DNA of 64,000 nt from Candidatus Nomurabacteria bacterium (GCA_029288775.1 JARIGQ010000006.1:120-64119), one strand, 5' to 3'; numbered from the stretch's first letter, positions 1 to 10,306 are shown. A program made the numbers and translations. Notes: generated from the letters alone by a model not told the origin.

Positions 1-2
1 TA

Positions 3-632
3 AGGGGGACGGGGGTGGGGACGCTTGGGAGTGGCAACTCAAGCGCTACTTGTGCCGACCCTCAATCCGTAAGCAACTCCCTTAAAACACCTAACGGCAT
101 ATGTGGTAACACTCAATGTAAAGCATTGACTGGGTGTGCTTACCAAAAATACCTTCCTAGTATAGAAAGGGAAGCCAAGGCTGCAGGAGTTGCTCCTTCT
201 CTTGTCATTGCAGTGATGTGTAGGGAATCTCATGCTAATCCTAATCCACCACCGAACGTAAATAGTGATGGTACGGTGGATTGCGGTCTCATGCAAATCA
301 ATCAAAAAGGAAGCTGCTCTGCACAGATTCTTGACCCTGACACAAATATAAAAATGGGTGTAGATAAGCTAAAAAAAGCCCTTACTTCTGCAAATCAAGT
401 GTATCAAAATATACCTTCCACATTAGGAGCGCTTGCTTCCTATAATTGTTGTTCCAACGGAACAATTCCAAACGCACCAAGCGGGGACTGTACACCAGAC
501 TCCGGTTTTCCATATACCATTCCAAAATGGGCATGCCCCATCAATCCCGGTCAAAGTGCGTCAAATATGTGTACGGTAAAAAACTATGCGTGTGAAATAC
601 AAGCGTGTGCTAATGATTTAGACAGTCTGTAA
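3..632 (+). CDS. Lytic transglycosylase (SLT-domain) protein, C-terminal part; probably 5'-truncated by the window edge
   Basis: Motifs AVMCRES, GLMQIN and ALASYN; Cys-rich; frame is open from position 3. Confidence 0.8.
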   Translation, partial: RGTGVGTLGSGNSSATCADPQSVSNSLKTPNGICGNTQCKALTGCAYQKYLPSIEREAKAAGVAPSLVIAVMCRESHANPNPPPNVNSDGTVDCGLMQINQKGSCSAQILDPDTNIKMGVDKLKKALTSANQVYQNIPSTLGALASYNCCSNGTIPNAPSGDCTPDSGFPYTIPKWACPINPGQSASNMCTVKNYACEIQACANDLDSL

Positions 633-1337
633 ATGGGCAAGTTTACGCTTTATATACACATCCTGAAGAAAACTTACAACATTGCTTGTTAACCAATACA
701 AACCAAGCGCAGAAGGCAATATTGATCCAGAAAAAGCAATAATAATTGGAAGTACATACAAAAGCTGCAATCTCATGGATTTTGCAAACTGATCCTGCAT
801 AGTTTCTTCCTCTGGTTTTTTTCCACTTACCATAGACGCAGTCTGTCGACGAGCAAGCATATAGGAGGATAATCCTGCCAATAACGCGATGAAAATATTT
901 TTCTGGGTTACATCAAAAAGACCAAAAGCACGTGTATGTAATTCTGCTGGAAAATGCACAAAAGAATAGATAGATGCAGGGTCAGCGTGAAGACCTCGTG
1001 AAAATACGAAATAGAGCGCAAAAAAGACAGGGATTTGAATAAGAGCCGTAAACAAACTTCCGAAGGGGTTAACCTTTTCCCGTTTATAAAGCTCCATCAT
1101 GTGTCGAGTAGCTTCCTGAGGATTATCTTTATGTTTCTTTTTAAGCTCATTCATTTCTCCTTCAATACGCTTCATAATGTACTGGCTTCGCAATGTAGAA
1201 AGATTAAGCGGCAAAAGAAGAAGCTTTACAAAAAGGGTAACTAATACAATAGTCGTGCCAATGTCATGCAAAGGCACGTAGGTAAGTGTAAGAACAATGA
1301 GATTATAAATCGGTTCGTAAAAGATGGTGTGGAACAT
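618..1337 (-). CDS. yidC: Membrane protein insertase YidC/Oxa1
   Basis: KLLLLPL, MMELYKREKVNPF and LGLYWLTSN motifs; synteny with rnpA-rpmH-dnaA; start moved to MFHTIFY. Confidence 0.93.
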   Translation of the reverse strand: MFHTIFYEPIYNLIVLTLTYVPLHDIGTTIVLVTLFVKLLLLPLNLSTLRSQYIMKRIEGEMNELKKKHKDNPQEATRHMMELYKREKVNPFGSLFTALIQIPVFFALYFVFSRGLHADPASIYSFVHFPAELHTRAFGLFDVTQKNIFIALLAGLSSYMLARRQTASMVSGKKPEEETMQDQFAKSMRLQLLYVLPIIIAFSGSILPSALGLYWLTSNVVSFLQDVYIKRKLAHLQTV

Positions 1338-1347
1338 AGGGTATAGA

Positions 1348-1659
1348 TTACAGTGTAGCAAATGCCTTTTTAACCTCTTCTTGCAAATTTGGATAAGGTG
1401 CAGTTAGGAGTGTTTTAGTAGGATAAATGCAAATAGAAGCAGGTGTAGTGGGGACCATATCTCGTACAAGCGAGTAGACCTTACGTTTTGCACGATTACG
1501 GTCTACTGCACGCTTAATACGTTTTTTACTTATAATGCAGGCATATTTTGTTACGAGTGCAGGGGAGACACTTATATCGAAAAACGCGCCGCGGTACGCT
1601 AGGCGCGTTTTCATTCCCTTAAACTCCTTAGTGGTAAGACGGGATGCTTTAGGAAGCAT
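1348..1659 (-). CDS. rnpA: Ribonuclease P protein component
   Basis: MLPKASRL start; KRAVDRNRAKR (RNR motif); synteny. Confidence 0.9.
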   Translation of the reverse strand: MLPKASRLTTKEFKGMKTRLAYRGAFFDISVSPALVTKYACIISKKRIKRAVDRNRAKRKVYSLVRDMVPTTPASICIYPTKTLLTAPYPNLQEEVKKAFATL

Positions 1660-1665
1660 GATTAC

Positions 1666-1800
1666 TTAGACAGAAAGCTTCTTTCGTCCTGATGCACGGC
1701 GGCGGGCAAGAACCTTACGTCCTCCCTTTGAAGCCTGGCGTACGAGGAATCCGTGTGTTGTTGCTCGCTTCTTCTTCTTTGGGTTATATGTTTGAGACAT
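1666..1800 (-). CDS. rpmH: 50S ribosomal protein L34 (not in ORF track)
   Basis: Hand translation [44 protein letters not shown]; divergent from dnaA. Confidence 0.95.
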   Translation of the reverse strand: MSQTYNPKKKKRATTHGFLVRQASKGGRKVLARRRASGRKKLSV

Positions 1801-1900
1801 GGCGCCATTCTACACGAAGTAGGGGTATAAATCAATAAACGTAAGGAAACGAGCTTCCGTCAAGTTGAAGCAAACTGTGAGGCGTGTATACTACCAAACT

Positions 1901-3238
1901 ATGGACTATTCTCAACTCTGGAACAGTGCGTTATCACAGATAGAGATTGAACTTTCTCGGGTCAACTTTAATACCTGGTTCAAAAATACTCGAATTATAG
2001 ACTATAAGGACGGCGAGGTGACTATTGGTGTTCCGAATGAATTCGTAAAAGATTGGCTTAATCAAAAATATCATAAATTCATACTGCGTATTTTGCGTAC
2101 CATTCATGAAAGCGTGAGATCGGTTGTATTTACAGTAGTAAAACCAGAAAATCTTCAAAAGAAGGCTCAACATATTGCTATCACCGGGCAAACCCTTCCT
2201 CTTCAGGATTTATATATCAATAAAGATGACGGTTTAAACCCGCGCTATACCTTCGATAATTTTATTGTTGGTCCTTTTAATGAAGTGTCCTATGCTTGTG
2301 CCCAGGCGGTAATTAATAATCTAGGTATTGTCTATAACCCGCTCTTTATTTATGGAAATACCGGCCTTGGTAAGACCCATCTTATGCAAGCGATTGGTAA
2401 TGCGGTTAAGAAAAAGCATCCTGAAAGGAAAGTGTTTTATACATCCTTGGAAAAGTTCTACATGGATTATGTAAATGCTACAAACCTTAATAAAATTAAC
2501 AGTTTCAAGGAGAAATATCGTAAATATGATGTCTTTATTATGGACGATATTCAATTCATTAACGGTAAAGAACGTACCCAAGATGAGTTGTTCCATCTTT
2601 TTAATTCTCTCTACGAGATGAATAAGCAGATTATTTTCTCCTCAGATAAGCATCCAAACCTTATTGTTGGGTTGGAAGATCGTCTCCGGTCACGTTTCAA
2701 TCAAGGAATGATTGTGGATGTAAATATTCCTGCGTTTGAATCCAGACTAGCAATTCTTCAAGTGAAGACAAAGGAGTATGGAGATAAAATTCCACGAGAG
2801 GTGCTTGAATACATAGCTGAAACCATTCAAGGTAATATTCGAGAATTGGAAGGGGTGATGACCTCTATTATCGGCCATATTCAAATTAAACAACAAGCTA
2901 TTACACTTCTTGATGTAAAGAATCTCCTTAAAAATAATATTCGTGCTAAAAAGAGTATTTCTATTCCGGAAATAGTGAAGATGATTGCAGATTATTATCA
3001 TATACCCGATGTATATATCTACAACAAAACACGACGAAAAGATGTAGTGAAACCTCGACAGATTGTTATGTATATCCTACGAGAAGATTTTGACATTTCT
3101 TATCCGATGATAGGTGATAGGTTAGGAGGGAGGGATCATACTACTGTTATTCACTCGTATGAAAAAATTAAAAGTACTTTAAAAGAAAATCCACAACTTG
3201 GTCGTGAAATCGAAGATATTCGCGCAATGTTAGTCTAG
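1901..3238 (+). CDS. dnaA: Chromosomal replication initiator DnaA
   Basis: YNPLFIYGNTGLGKTHL Walker A, DDIQF Walker B, GGRDHTTVIH domain IV. Confidence 0.98.
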   Translation: MDYSQLWNSALSQIEIELSRVNFNTWFKNTRIIDYKDGEVTIGVPNEFVKDWLNQKYHKFILRILRTIHESVRSVVFTVVKPENLQKKAQHIAITGQTLPLQDLYINKDDGLNPRYTFDNFIVGPFNEVSYACAQAVINNLGIVYNPLFIYGNTGLGKTHLMQAIGNAVKKKHPERKVFYTSLEKFYMDYVNATNLNKINSFKEKYRKYDVFIMDDIQFINGKERTQDELFHLFNSLYEMNKQIIFSSDKHPNLIVGLEDRLRSRFNQGMIVDVNIPAFESRLAILQVKTKEYGDKIPREVLEYIAETIQGNIRELEGVMTSIIGHIQIKQQAITLLDVKNLLKNNIRAKKSISIPEIVKMIADYYHIPDVYIYNKTRRKDVVKPRQIVMYILREDFDISYPMIGDRLGGRDHTTVIHSYEKIKSTLKENPQLGREIEDIRAMLV

Positions 3239-3475
3239 GTAGTTTATTTCTGTGGATAGAATTGTGGAAAAGGGGAGAATAGCACCAGTATAACTATGAC
3301 GGATGTGGGAGTAGAATCTTACAATTCTATTCTTACCCACAAAAAATTGTCCTTTTACCCTCCAAGGACAATTGTTCTAAGAAGGTAAAAAACTATTTAA
3401 ATATAAGCTTTTTTTAACATTCCCCCATAGTCCACATAGCTATACTTAGTATCATTATTTATATATACTACTAGT
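3239..3475. promoter_or_regulatory. oriC: Probable replication origin oriC (dnaA-dnaN intergenic)
   Basis: DnaA-box-like TGTGGATAG (3251), TGTGGAAAA (3263), TTACCCACA (3333), TAGTCCACA (3428); AT-rich tracts at 3386-3418 and 3440-3475. Confidence 0.75.
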
Positions 3476-4567
3476 ATGAAATTCGAATGCAGAGGAGAGG
3501 TATTTATTAAAGCAGTACAGCAAGTAGCTCGCGCTCGAAGTAAACAACAGTCTCAAAATTATCTTCAAGATATTCATATAGAACTTGATACTCATCTCCT
3601 TACACTACAAGCTACCAACCTGGAACTTTTTTGTGAAAAAAGTATTCCCGTAAAAGGTATCACTAATGGATCTTGTCTCCTTCAAGGAGAAACATTTCTT
3701 CGTATTTTATCTACCTATCAATCACTAGATACTGTACTTACTTGTGAATTAGTTGATGAAGTATTTACTATCACTACTGATAAAGGAGTGGTTGAAATTA
3801 AAACAACTCCCTATGAAGATTTCCCAACTCTTCCTCCTCAAGGAACTACTATTGGTACTCTTTCAAAAGATAACCTTAATACCCTTCTTAAAGAAGTGGT
3901 ATTCTGTGCAGCTACAACAGATATTAAGCCGGAAATCGCTTCTATTTACATGTATACCAAAGATGATCTTATCTATACTGTTGCTACCGATTCTTATCGT
4001 TTGGTGGAAAAAAGTATTCCTAATGAAAGTAATTTAGAATGCTCTCTTCTTATTCCTCAAAAACATATTGGAGATATATTACAAATTGTAGGGGAGGAAG
4101 GTGAAGAATTAACATTATCCCAAAATGAAGGTATTCTTTCTATTACCACTTCAAACCTTACTCTTTCTATTCATACAATTACCGGACAATTCCCTGATTA
4201 TCGTCAATTGTTTCCAAAAACTTTCACTACTACAATAACCTTAGCAAAAGAAGAGTTACAGAAAGCACTTACTTTAACCACATACTTTAATGAACAATAT
4301 TCACAAGTTGAATGTGTATTTACGGAACATAAAGTTATTTTCCATAGTCGTAACGAACAGGTGGGTCAGGTTACTCATACTATTAATGCAACTAAAGAAG
4401 GGGATGATATTGAGGCAAAATATAACAACCGATACTTTTTAGATGTGTTACCTCACATAGAAGGAGGAAGTGTTACATGTAAATTTACCACCCCTAATCG
4501 CGCTATGTTTATTCAAGGTACTAAAGATATTAGTTTTACCTACCTTCTAATGCCACTTAATAGATAA
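3476..4567 (+). CDS. dnaN: DNA polymerase III beta clamp
   Basis: ATDSYRL, GQFPDY and YLLMPL motifs; synteny. Confidence 0.96.
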   Translation: MKFECRGEVFIKAVQQVARARSKQQSQNYLQDIHIELDTHLLTLQATNLELFCEKSIPVKGITNGSCLLQGETFLRILSTYQSLDTVLTCELVDEVFTITTDKGVVEIKTTPYEDFPTLPPQGTTIGTLSKDNLNTLLKEVVFCAATTDIKPEIASIYMYTKDDLIYTVATDSYRLVEKSIPNESNLECSLLIPQKHIGDILQIVGEEGEELTLSQNEGILSITTSNLTLSIHTITGQFPDYRQLFPKTFTTTITLAKEELQKALTLTTYFNEQYSQVECVFTEHKVIFHSRNEQVGQVTHTINATKEGDDIEAKYNNRYFLDVLPHIEGGSVTCKFTTPNRAMFIQGTKDISFTYLLMPLNR

Positions 4568-4569
4568 GT

Positions 4570-4800
4570 ATGGACGAAGGACTTTTTAGAAAGCATTTAC
4601 AAGTACTTCACACACGGTTACATAATAAAGAACAACTACTTTCTTTAATAAAAGAAAGTACTGGAGTTACTCTTTTGGAAGAAGAAGTAGGGTTAGAGAA
4701 GAAACAGATTACCCTTTTTACTTCCTCAACAAAGAAAAATACCCTTCTCCGGAAAGGGTTGAAGGATATTTTAGCTTCAGAAGGCTATTCTCTTACTTAG
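4570..4800 (+). CDS. Small hypothetical protein downstream of dnaN
   Basis: 76-aa ORF starting 2 nt after the dnaN stop. Confidence 0.6.
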   Translation: MDEGLFRKHLQVLHTRLHNKEQLLSLIKESTGVTLLEEEVGLEKKQITLFTSSTKKNTLLRKGLKDILASEGYSLT

Positions 4801-7031
4801 AGTGGTGTATCTGGAATAATAACACCATTAATAGGATCTACACTCGGATTATTAATCACCTGAGGAGGTTGAGTGGGATCCGTGGTTGTTCCTGTTTGAG
4901 GTTGAATAGAAGGGGTTCCGCAAGAAATCCCATGTTTTGCTATCCAGTTTTGAATAGCAGTTTCCCAGTTATTGTATTGAGGATCACTGCGAGGGTTAGT
5001 AGGATAGGCACCATCTGGATCATCTTTATTTACAAATGCAAGAATAGTATGGATACCATCCGTACAATAATCCCCCCGGAGAATCGGCTTGCTTGATGTG
5101 TTCGGAAGAGGATCTGGGAAATACTCAACCGTAGAAGTTCCGATAACTACTTGCATAGCTTTATGCCAAATAGGGGCAAGAACAAGACCGGCAACCTTTT
5201 TATCAATAGGAGTATTATTGTTATTTCCTCCCCACATACCCAGAACTACCGATGGAGTGTAACCAACTACCCATACGTCCCTATAATCGTTTGTAGTACC
5301 CGTTTTGGCTGCTACAGGGCGGTCTCCAAAGTTAAACGGAGAAGAAGAAATAGGTCCATACGCAGGAATCTTAGCAACGTTGTCAGATAGTACACTTGAG
5401 ATAAGAGAAGTCACTGAATCGGGAAGTACCTGATTTTCTTTTTGGGTAAATTTTTCTAGTACTGTTCCATCTCCATCGCGTACTTCTAGAATCCCTGTGG
5501 GAGGATGATAAATGCCATTATCCGCAAATACACCATAAGCATTCGTGAGTTCAAGAAGGGTTACTTCACCACCACCAAGTACAAGCGAAAGCCCGTATCG
5601 TTGAGGGTCTTGGATGGTGGAAAGTCCCATATCTTGAGCCAATTTTACAGCCGTATTAATACCGGTGAGGTAGAGAAGTTTTACAGCAGGAACGTTTAAG
5701 GATTGAGCAAGAGCATTTCGTAAAGAGATTGGTCCACGGAAATTACCATCATAATTTTCCGGCATGTAACACGCGGAAGCATTCACACCCGATTTTGGAT
5801 TACCATATGGATCACATAAGGCGCTGAATTCAGTAGGAACATCATACAACACCGTTTCTGGGGTATATCCTTTTTCAAATGCCGCTGCATACACTATTGG
5901 TTTAAATGAAGATCCTGGCTGGCGATCAGCAAGTGCAATGTTGTACTGTCCTGGGATTTCAGTGTCAAAGAAATCGCGTGATCCAACCATCGCTAGGATT
6001 TGTCCTGTTTTTGGGTCAATGGCAACGGCGGCAGCATTTGAAGCTTTATATTTCTTTTCATTAGAAAGGGCTCCTTCTTTTACTATATCTTCCAGTTGTT
6101 TTTGAAGATTATAATCAATAGTTGTAATAACTTTTAATCCTCCATTTTCAACTACATCACTTCCATATTGTTCTTCGAGGTATTCTCTGATGTACATGAC
6201 GAAATGAAGCGCTTTTCCGCTATTAGAAGTATCTTCAAGGAAAGTTATCTTTTCATTTTGAGCTTCATTTTTCTGGGCTTCGGTTATATATCCGAGCTCA
6301 TACATGCGTTCGAGTACAAGATTTTTTCTTTTTTCTAGCTCATCACGATGTTTTCCGTAAGGAGAATAATAGGTAGGGGATTGAGGAAGGGCAGCCAAGT
6401 ATGCAGCTTGAGATAAAGTGAGTTCTTTTGCGTGAACTCCAAAATACGTAAGAGAGGCTTCTTCTACACCATAAATAGTTCCACCATAAGGACTTTCATT
6501 AAGATAGATTTGGAGAATGGTATCTTTTGGTACTTCTCGATCAAGTTTAATAGCAAGCACGATTTCCATTAATTTTCTCTTAATGGTCTTCTCTCGGGTA
6601 AGGAGGGCATTCTTTACTACCTGTTGATCAATAGTTGAACCACCTTGGGTGTATCCTCCGCTTACAATATTGGCAAGAACTGCGCGAATAAAAGAGGTGG
6701 GACGAAAACCATGATGTTCATAGAAATGGGCATCTTCAATAGAGATCGTTGCTTGCTGTACATAGGGACTCATTTCCGAAATAGGGACTTCGGTTCTTCG
6801 TACATTGTCATGAATATTATAGAGAACAATCGATCCGGTTCGGTCATAAATTTTGGTCGAATTAGCAATGGTGCGGTTTTCGAAGTTATTAAAATCAGGA
6901 AGCTGCAAGCTCGCTATCCAGCCTACAGTTAAAGCAAAGATAGTAATAAGCAGGGCTGCACCTATAAAAAGTACTTCCCGAATAAGCTTTTTTTGCGCAC
7001 GCTTCTTGCGCGAATGAACTTCTGTGGTCAT
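4797..7031 (-). CDS. Class A penicillin-binding protein (PBP1A family)
   Basis: EDAHFYEHHG and GGSTIDQQVVKN glycosyltransferase motifs; SSFK, SLN and KTGT transpeptidase motifs. Confidence 0.95.
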   Translation of the reverse strand: MTTEVHSRKKRAQKKLIREVLFIGAALLITIFALTVGWIASLQLPDFNNFENRTIANSTKIYDRTGSIVLYNIHDNVRRTEVPISEMSPYVQQATISIEDAHFYEHHGFRPTSFIRAVLANIVSGGYTQGGSTIDQQVVKNALLTREKTIKRKLMEIVLAIKLDREVPKDTILQIYLNESPYGGTIYGVEEASLTYFGVHAKELTLSQAAYLAALPQSPTYYSPYGKHRDELEKRKNLVLERMYELGYITEAQKNEAQNEKITFLEDTSNSGKALHFVMYIREYLEEQYGSDVVENGGLKVITTIDYNLQKQLEDIVKEGALSNEKKYKASNAAAVAIDPKTGQILAMVGSRDFFDTEIPGQYNIALADRQPGSSFKPIVYAAAFEKGYTPETVLYDVPTEFSALCDPYGNPKSGVNASACYMPENYDGNFRGPISLRNALAQSLNVPAVKLLYLTGINTAVKLAQDMGLSTIQDPQRYGLSLVLGGGEVTLLELTNAYGVFADNGIYHPPTGILEVRDGDGTVLEKFTQKENQVLPDSVTSLISSVLSDNVAKIPAYGPISSSPFNFGDRPVAAKTGTTNDYRDVWVVGYTPSVVLGMWGGNNNNTPIDKKVAGLVLAPIWHKAMQVVIGTSTVEYFPDPLPNTSSKPILRGDYCTDGIHTILAFVNKDDPDGAYPTNPRSDPQYNNWETAIQNWIAKHGISCGTPSIQPQTGTTTDPTQPPQVINNPSVDPINGVIIPDTPL

Positions 7032-7069
7032 TTCTTCATAGTATCACACCTCTATGGTAGTATGATGGA

Positions 7070-8263
7070 ATGGATAAAATCATCGTGGATGAAGCAAAAA
7101 TTGATGAACTTCTTACGCGCGGCGTAGAAGATATTATCGTTAAGGACGAATTAAAAGCGGCACTTCTGTCAGGCAAGCAACTTCGTGTAAAACTTGGGGT
7201 GGATCCTACCGGGCCTAAGATGCACTTAGGACGAGCGATTCCCCTTAGAAAATTACGAGAGTTTCAGAAATTGGGACATCAAATTGTATTTATTGTGGGT
7301 GATTTTACTGCCCAAGTAGGGGATGCGTCTGATAAAAGTGAGAAGCGTCCCATGCTCACCCGCGCTCAGATTGACGAGAACATTAAAGACTACAAGAGCC
7401 AGGTTTCCAAAATCATTGATATGTCCAAAGCTGAGTTTGTGTACAACAGTGACTGGCTTTCAAAGCTTTCCTTTGAAGAAGTGACCAAACTGGCGGAAGT
7501 TTTTACGGTTCAGCAGATGCTCGCGCGCAGAAATTTCAAGGATCGATATGATAAGGGTATAGAAATCTCTCTTCGTGAATTTCTTTACCCGCTTATGCAA
7601 GGGTACGATTCTGTTGCTGTAAGAGCTGATGTGGAGCTTGGAGGGTTTGATCAGCTTTTCAATGTAAAAGCGGGGCGTGTGGTTCAGGAATATTACGGGC
7701 AACCAAAGCAGCACATCATGGTAGGTACCATGCTTGAAGGGACAGATGGCCGCAAAATGTCGACAAGTTGGGGAAATGTTATCACTATTGTTGATGAGCC
7801 ATTTGATATGTTTGGCAAGCTTATGAGCGTGCGAGATGACCTCATCATTAAATATTTTACGTTATGCACCGATGTCTCCATGGAGGAAATCAAGGACTTG
7901 GAAAAACAACTCACGGAAGGTGTAAATCCTAAAGATATCAAAATGAGGCTTGCAACGGAAATTGTAACCATGTATCACACCGAGAAAGATGCCAGTCTTG
8001 CAAAGAGTGTGTGGGTAGAAACCTTCTCTAAAGGAGGTATACCGGAAGATATTCCAGAACTACACACAACTTCTGATAAGGATATTGCAGAGGTCTTAGT
8101 GGAAGCAGGTATTGTTTCTTCCAAGACAGATTGGCGTCGTTTGATTGAAGAGGGAGCAATTGTGGATGCTGAGGGGAATGAAATGAAGGATCCTAAAGTG
8201 AAAGCTTACAATGTAACGCTTAAAATTGGGAAAAAGCGTTTTGCACGAATAGTGCTTCAATAG
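7070..8263 (+). CDS. tyrS: Tyrosine--tRNA ligase
   Basis: GVDPTGPKMHLG, YPLMQGYD, KMSTS; C-terminal S4 domain. Confidence 0.97.
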   Translation: MDKIIVDEAKIDELLTRGVEDIIVKDELKAALLSGKQLRVKLGVDPTGPKMHLGRAIPLRKLREFQKLGHQIVFIVGDFTAQVGDASDKSEKRPMLTRAQIDENIKDYKSQVSKIIDMSKAEFVYNSDWLSKLSFEEVTKLAEVFTVQQMLARRNFKDRYDKGIEISLREFLYPLMQGYDSVAVRADVELGGFDQLFNVKAGRVVQEYYGQPKQHIMVGTMLEGTDGRKMSTSWGNVITIVDEPFDMFGKLMSVRDDLIIKYFTLCTDVSMEEIKDLEKQLTEGVNPKDIKMRLATEIVTMYHTEKDASLAKSVWVETFSKGGIPEDIPELHTTSDKDIAEVLVEAGIVSSKTDWRRLIEEGAIVDAEGNEMKDPKVKAYNVTLKIGKKRFARIVLQ

Positions 8264-8270
8264 TTCAGTA

Positions 8271-8302
8271 AAAAGAAAGCGCCCTGTGTGGCGCTTTCTT
8301 TT
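8271..8302. terminator. Bidirectional intrinsic terminator
   Basis: AAAAGAAAGCGCC-ctgtgt-GGCGCTTTCTTTT between convergent genes. Confidence 0.8.
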
Positions 8303-8475
8303 TACCAATATCCTTCATCTTCCGTAAAAGCAAGGTCTACCTCATCTTGCTCTTCGTTTGTGCGATACAAGAAGACTTCTTCTTCAGCTACCGCTGCTTC
8401 ATCTTCAAACATCGCCTCAAAGGCCTCCGGGTTGACCTCTGTTACAGTTTTTCCTTCCTCTTCCTCGATAAGCAT
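8302..8475 (-). CDS. Small highly acidic protein, 57 aa (not in ORF track)
   Basis: Hand translation MLIEEEEGKTVTEVNPEAFEAMFEDEAAVAEEEVFLYRTNEEQDEVDLAFTEDEGYW; ends at the terminator. Confidence 0.65.
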   Translation of the reverse strand: MLIEEEEGKTVTEVNPEAFEAMFEDEAAVAEEEVFLYRTNEEQDEVDLAFTEDEGYW

Positions 8476-8554
8476 ATCTCTTTATTTTTAATGTATGCCA
8501 AAGATACCATGGGCATCTTTTCAATGCAAGGGAATTTTTCCCCTCCTGTTTTGC

Positions 8555-9052
8555 TTATTTCCAGGCCGCCATTTTCCTGTGAGCGCTATGAGTGAGCGCT
8601 ATGGCTATGGCATCAAGTTCGTCATCCAAAAGTGTTTGAGAAAGCGAATGTTTAAGAATTTTTGGCACCATAAGGGCAATATCCTCTTTTGAGGCTTTTC
8701 CATATCCTGTAACCGCCACTTTTATTTCGGGAGGGGAATATTCATAGGCAGAAAGTCCATGGGTATGGCAAAGATAAAGAATTACCCCCCGAACTTCTGC
8801 TACTTGCATGGCAGTAGTTTGGTTCTTTGCGAAAAAGAGTTTTTCTACGGCAAGTTCAGTTGGAGAGAATGTAGTGAGTACTTTCTCTAGCTCCTTACCT
8901 ATGTGTGCAAGGCGTACTTCAAAAGTATCTTTTTTAGAAGTCTCAACGCAAGTAGAGAAAAGAAGTTTTTCAATAGTGCCGCTTTTTTCAAGTACGCATA
9001 TACCCATTCGGTCAAAGCCCGGATCAATACCTAAAATGCGGACGGTTCCCAT
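8555..9052 (-). CDS. ruvC: Holliday junction resolvase RuvC
   Basis: ILGIDPG, LAVEKLFF, DDELDAIAIA; start MGTVRILG. Confidence 0.95.
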   Translation of the reverse strand: MGTVRILGIDPGFDRMGICVLEKSGTIEKLLFSTCVETSKKDTFEVRLAHIGKELEKVLTTFSPTELAVEKLFFAKNQTTAMQVAEVRGVILYLCHTHGLSAYEYSPPEIKVAVTGYGKASKEDIALMVPKILKHSLSQTLLDDELDAIAIALTHSAHRKMAAWK

Positions 9053-9053
9053 A

Positions 9054-10037
9054 TTACTTTTTAAAATAGGTGAGCGCTTTATCAGTTGCCTTACGGCCGC
9101 GTGGGGTGCGTTCCAACATGCCAATTTGTATAAGATACGGCTCGGTGACATCTTCAATCGTTGCTTCTTCTTCACCTGTTGCAGCAGCTAGCGTGTTTAA
9201 GCCAACCGGTCCGCCGTTAAAGGTATTGATGAGTGCATCAAGTACCATACGCTCCGCTACCCCTAGACCAAATTCATCAATCTCAAGCATAGATAAAGAT
9301 ACATCAACAATTTCGCGGTCTATATTTGCTTTGTGTACTTGGGCGTAATCACGCGCGCGCTTTAAATAGTAATTTGCTATGCGTGGAGTAAAACGCGAAC
9401 GCTTAGCAATTTCAAATGCCGCATCGTGAGGAAGCAGGGTACCTAAAATTTTTGCACTTTGCTTTACAATAGTTGCAATCTCATCCTCCGTATAATATTG
9501 CAAACGATACACACCACCTGAGAAGCGCGAACGAAGCGGGGAAGAAAGGAGTGAAATGCGTGTTGTTGCGCCAATCAAGGTAAAGGGAGGAAGGTCGAGC
9601 TGTATAGTGCGGGCTGAAGGGCCTTTGCCAATAACGATATCAAGTTTGCCGGATTCCATAGCTGGATAGAGTACTTCCTCAATCATTTTGTTCAGCCGAT
9701 GAATCTCATCAATGAACAACACATCTCCTGGGGCTAAGTTAGTAAGAATTGCGGCCAAGTCACCCACCTTCATAATCGCAGGGCCACTCGATACTTTAAG
9801 GTTGGCATTCAATTCCTTTGCAATAAGATGAGCAAGGGTTGTCTTGCCAAGTCCAGGGGGACCGTATAAAAGGATATGCTCCGGCGGAGCACCGCGTTCT
9901 TTGGCTGCCGTAAGTAGAATATGAAGATTTTTCTTGATGGTTTCTTGGCCAATATAGTCAGAAAAATGAGCTGGACGGAGTGTGCTGTCTAGGTGCCTGG
10001 TTTCTTCTATGGAAATGATGGGGTCGATGGCGCTCAT
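9054..10037 (-). CDS. ruvB: Holliday junction helicase RuvB
   Basis: GPPGLGKTTLA, LFIDEIHRL, ERTPRGR. Confidence 0.97.
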   Translation of the reverse strand: MSAIDPIISIEETRHLDSTLRPAHFSDYIGQETIKKNLHILLTAAKERGAPPEHILLYGPPGLGKTTLAHLIAKELNANLKVSSGPAIMKVGDLAAILTNLAPGDVLFIDEIHRLNKMIEEVLYPAMESGKLDIVIGKGPSARTIQLDLPPFTLIGATTRISLLSSPLRSRFSGGVYRLQYYTEDEIATIVKQSAKILGTLLPHDAAFEIAKRSRFTPRIANYYLKRARDYAQVHKANIDREIVDVSLSMLEIDEFGLGVAERMVLDALINTFNGGPVGLNTLAAATGEEEATIEDVTEPYLIQIGMLERTPRGRKATDKALTYFKK

Positions 10038-10055
10038 GGGGGAGAAGGGAAGGAT

Positions 10056-10083
10056 TTGACAAAAGTTTTTATTGTGATATAAT
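10056..10083 (+). promoter_or_regulatory. Consensus sigma70 promoter
   Basis: TTGACA-16 nt-TATAAT with extended TGn. Confidence 0.75.
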
Positions 10084-10089
10084 ATGGAT

Positions 10090-10304
10090 AGATACGTTAG
10101 AAACGTATTTTTGTTTGTCAGAACCTATACATCTCTAAACAATCGGAACTTTTTGTTTCACTTTCTAATTCGGAGGACGGTCTGGTACGCCTTGTGCGTT
10201 TCTGTGCCTATCCTTATGAAGGAATGTTCTTCACCAAGGGGTTGCTTAGAGGTGTATGCGTTGTGACTCCTGCAACAAACCGCCGCTTACTGCGGCGGTT
10301 TGTT
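10090..10304 (+). ncRNA. Candidate structured ncRNA, 6S-like long rod
   Basis: Lies between a perfect promoter and a terminator; 10126-10144 pairs with 10240-10258 (18/19 with GU); inner pairings GGAAC/GTTCT, AGGA/TCCT, GGTAC/GTGCC. Confidence 0.5.
10274..10304. terminator. Bidirectional intrinsic terminator
   Basis: AACAAACCGCCGC-ttact-GCGGCGGTTTGTT. Confidence 0.8.
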
Positions 10305-10306
10305 AT

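Noticed and set aside
10084-10266. 60-aa ORF as a protein gene
   Set aside because: ATG directly abuts the -10 hexamer, and the region is better explained by RNA structure
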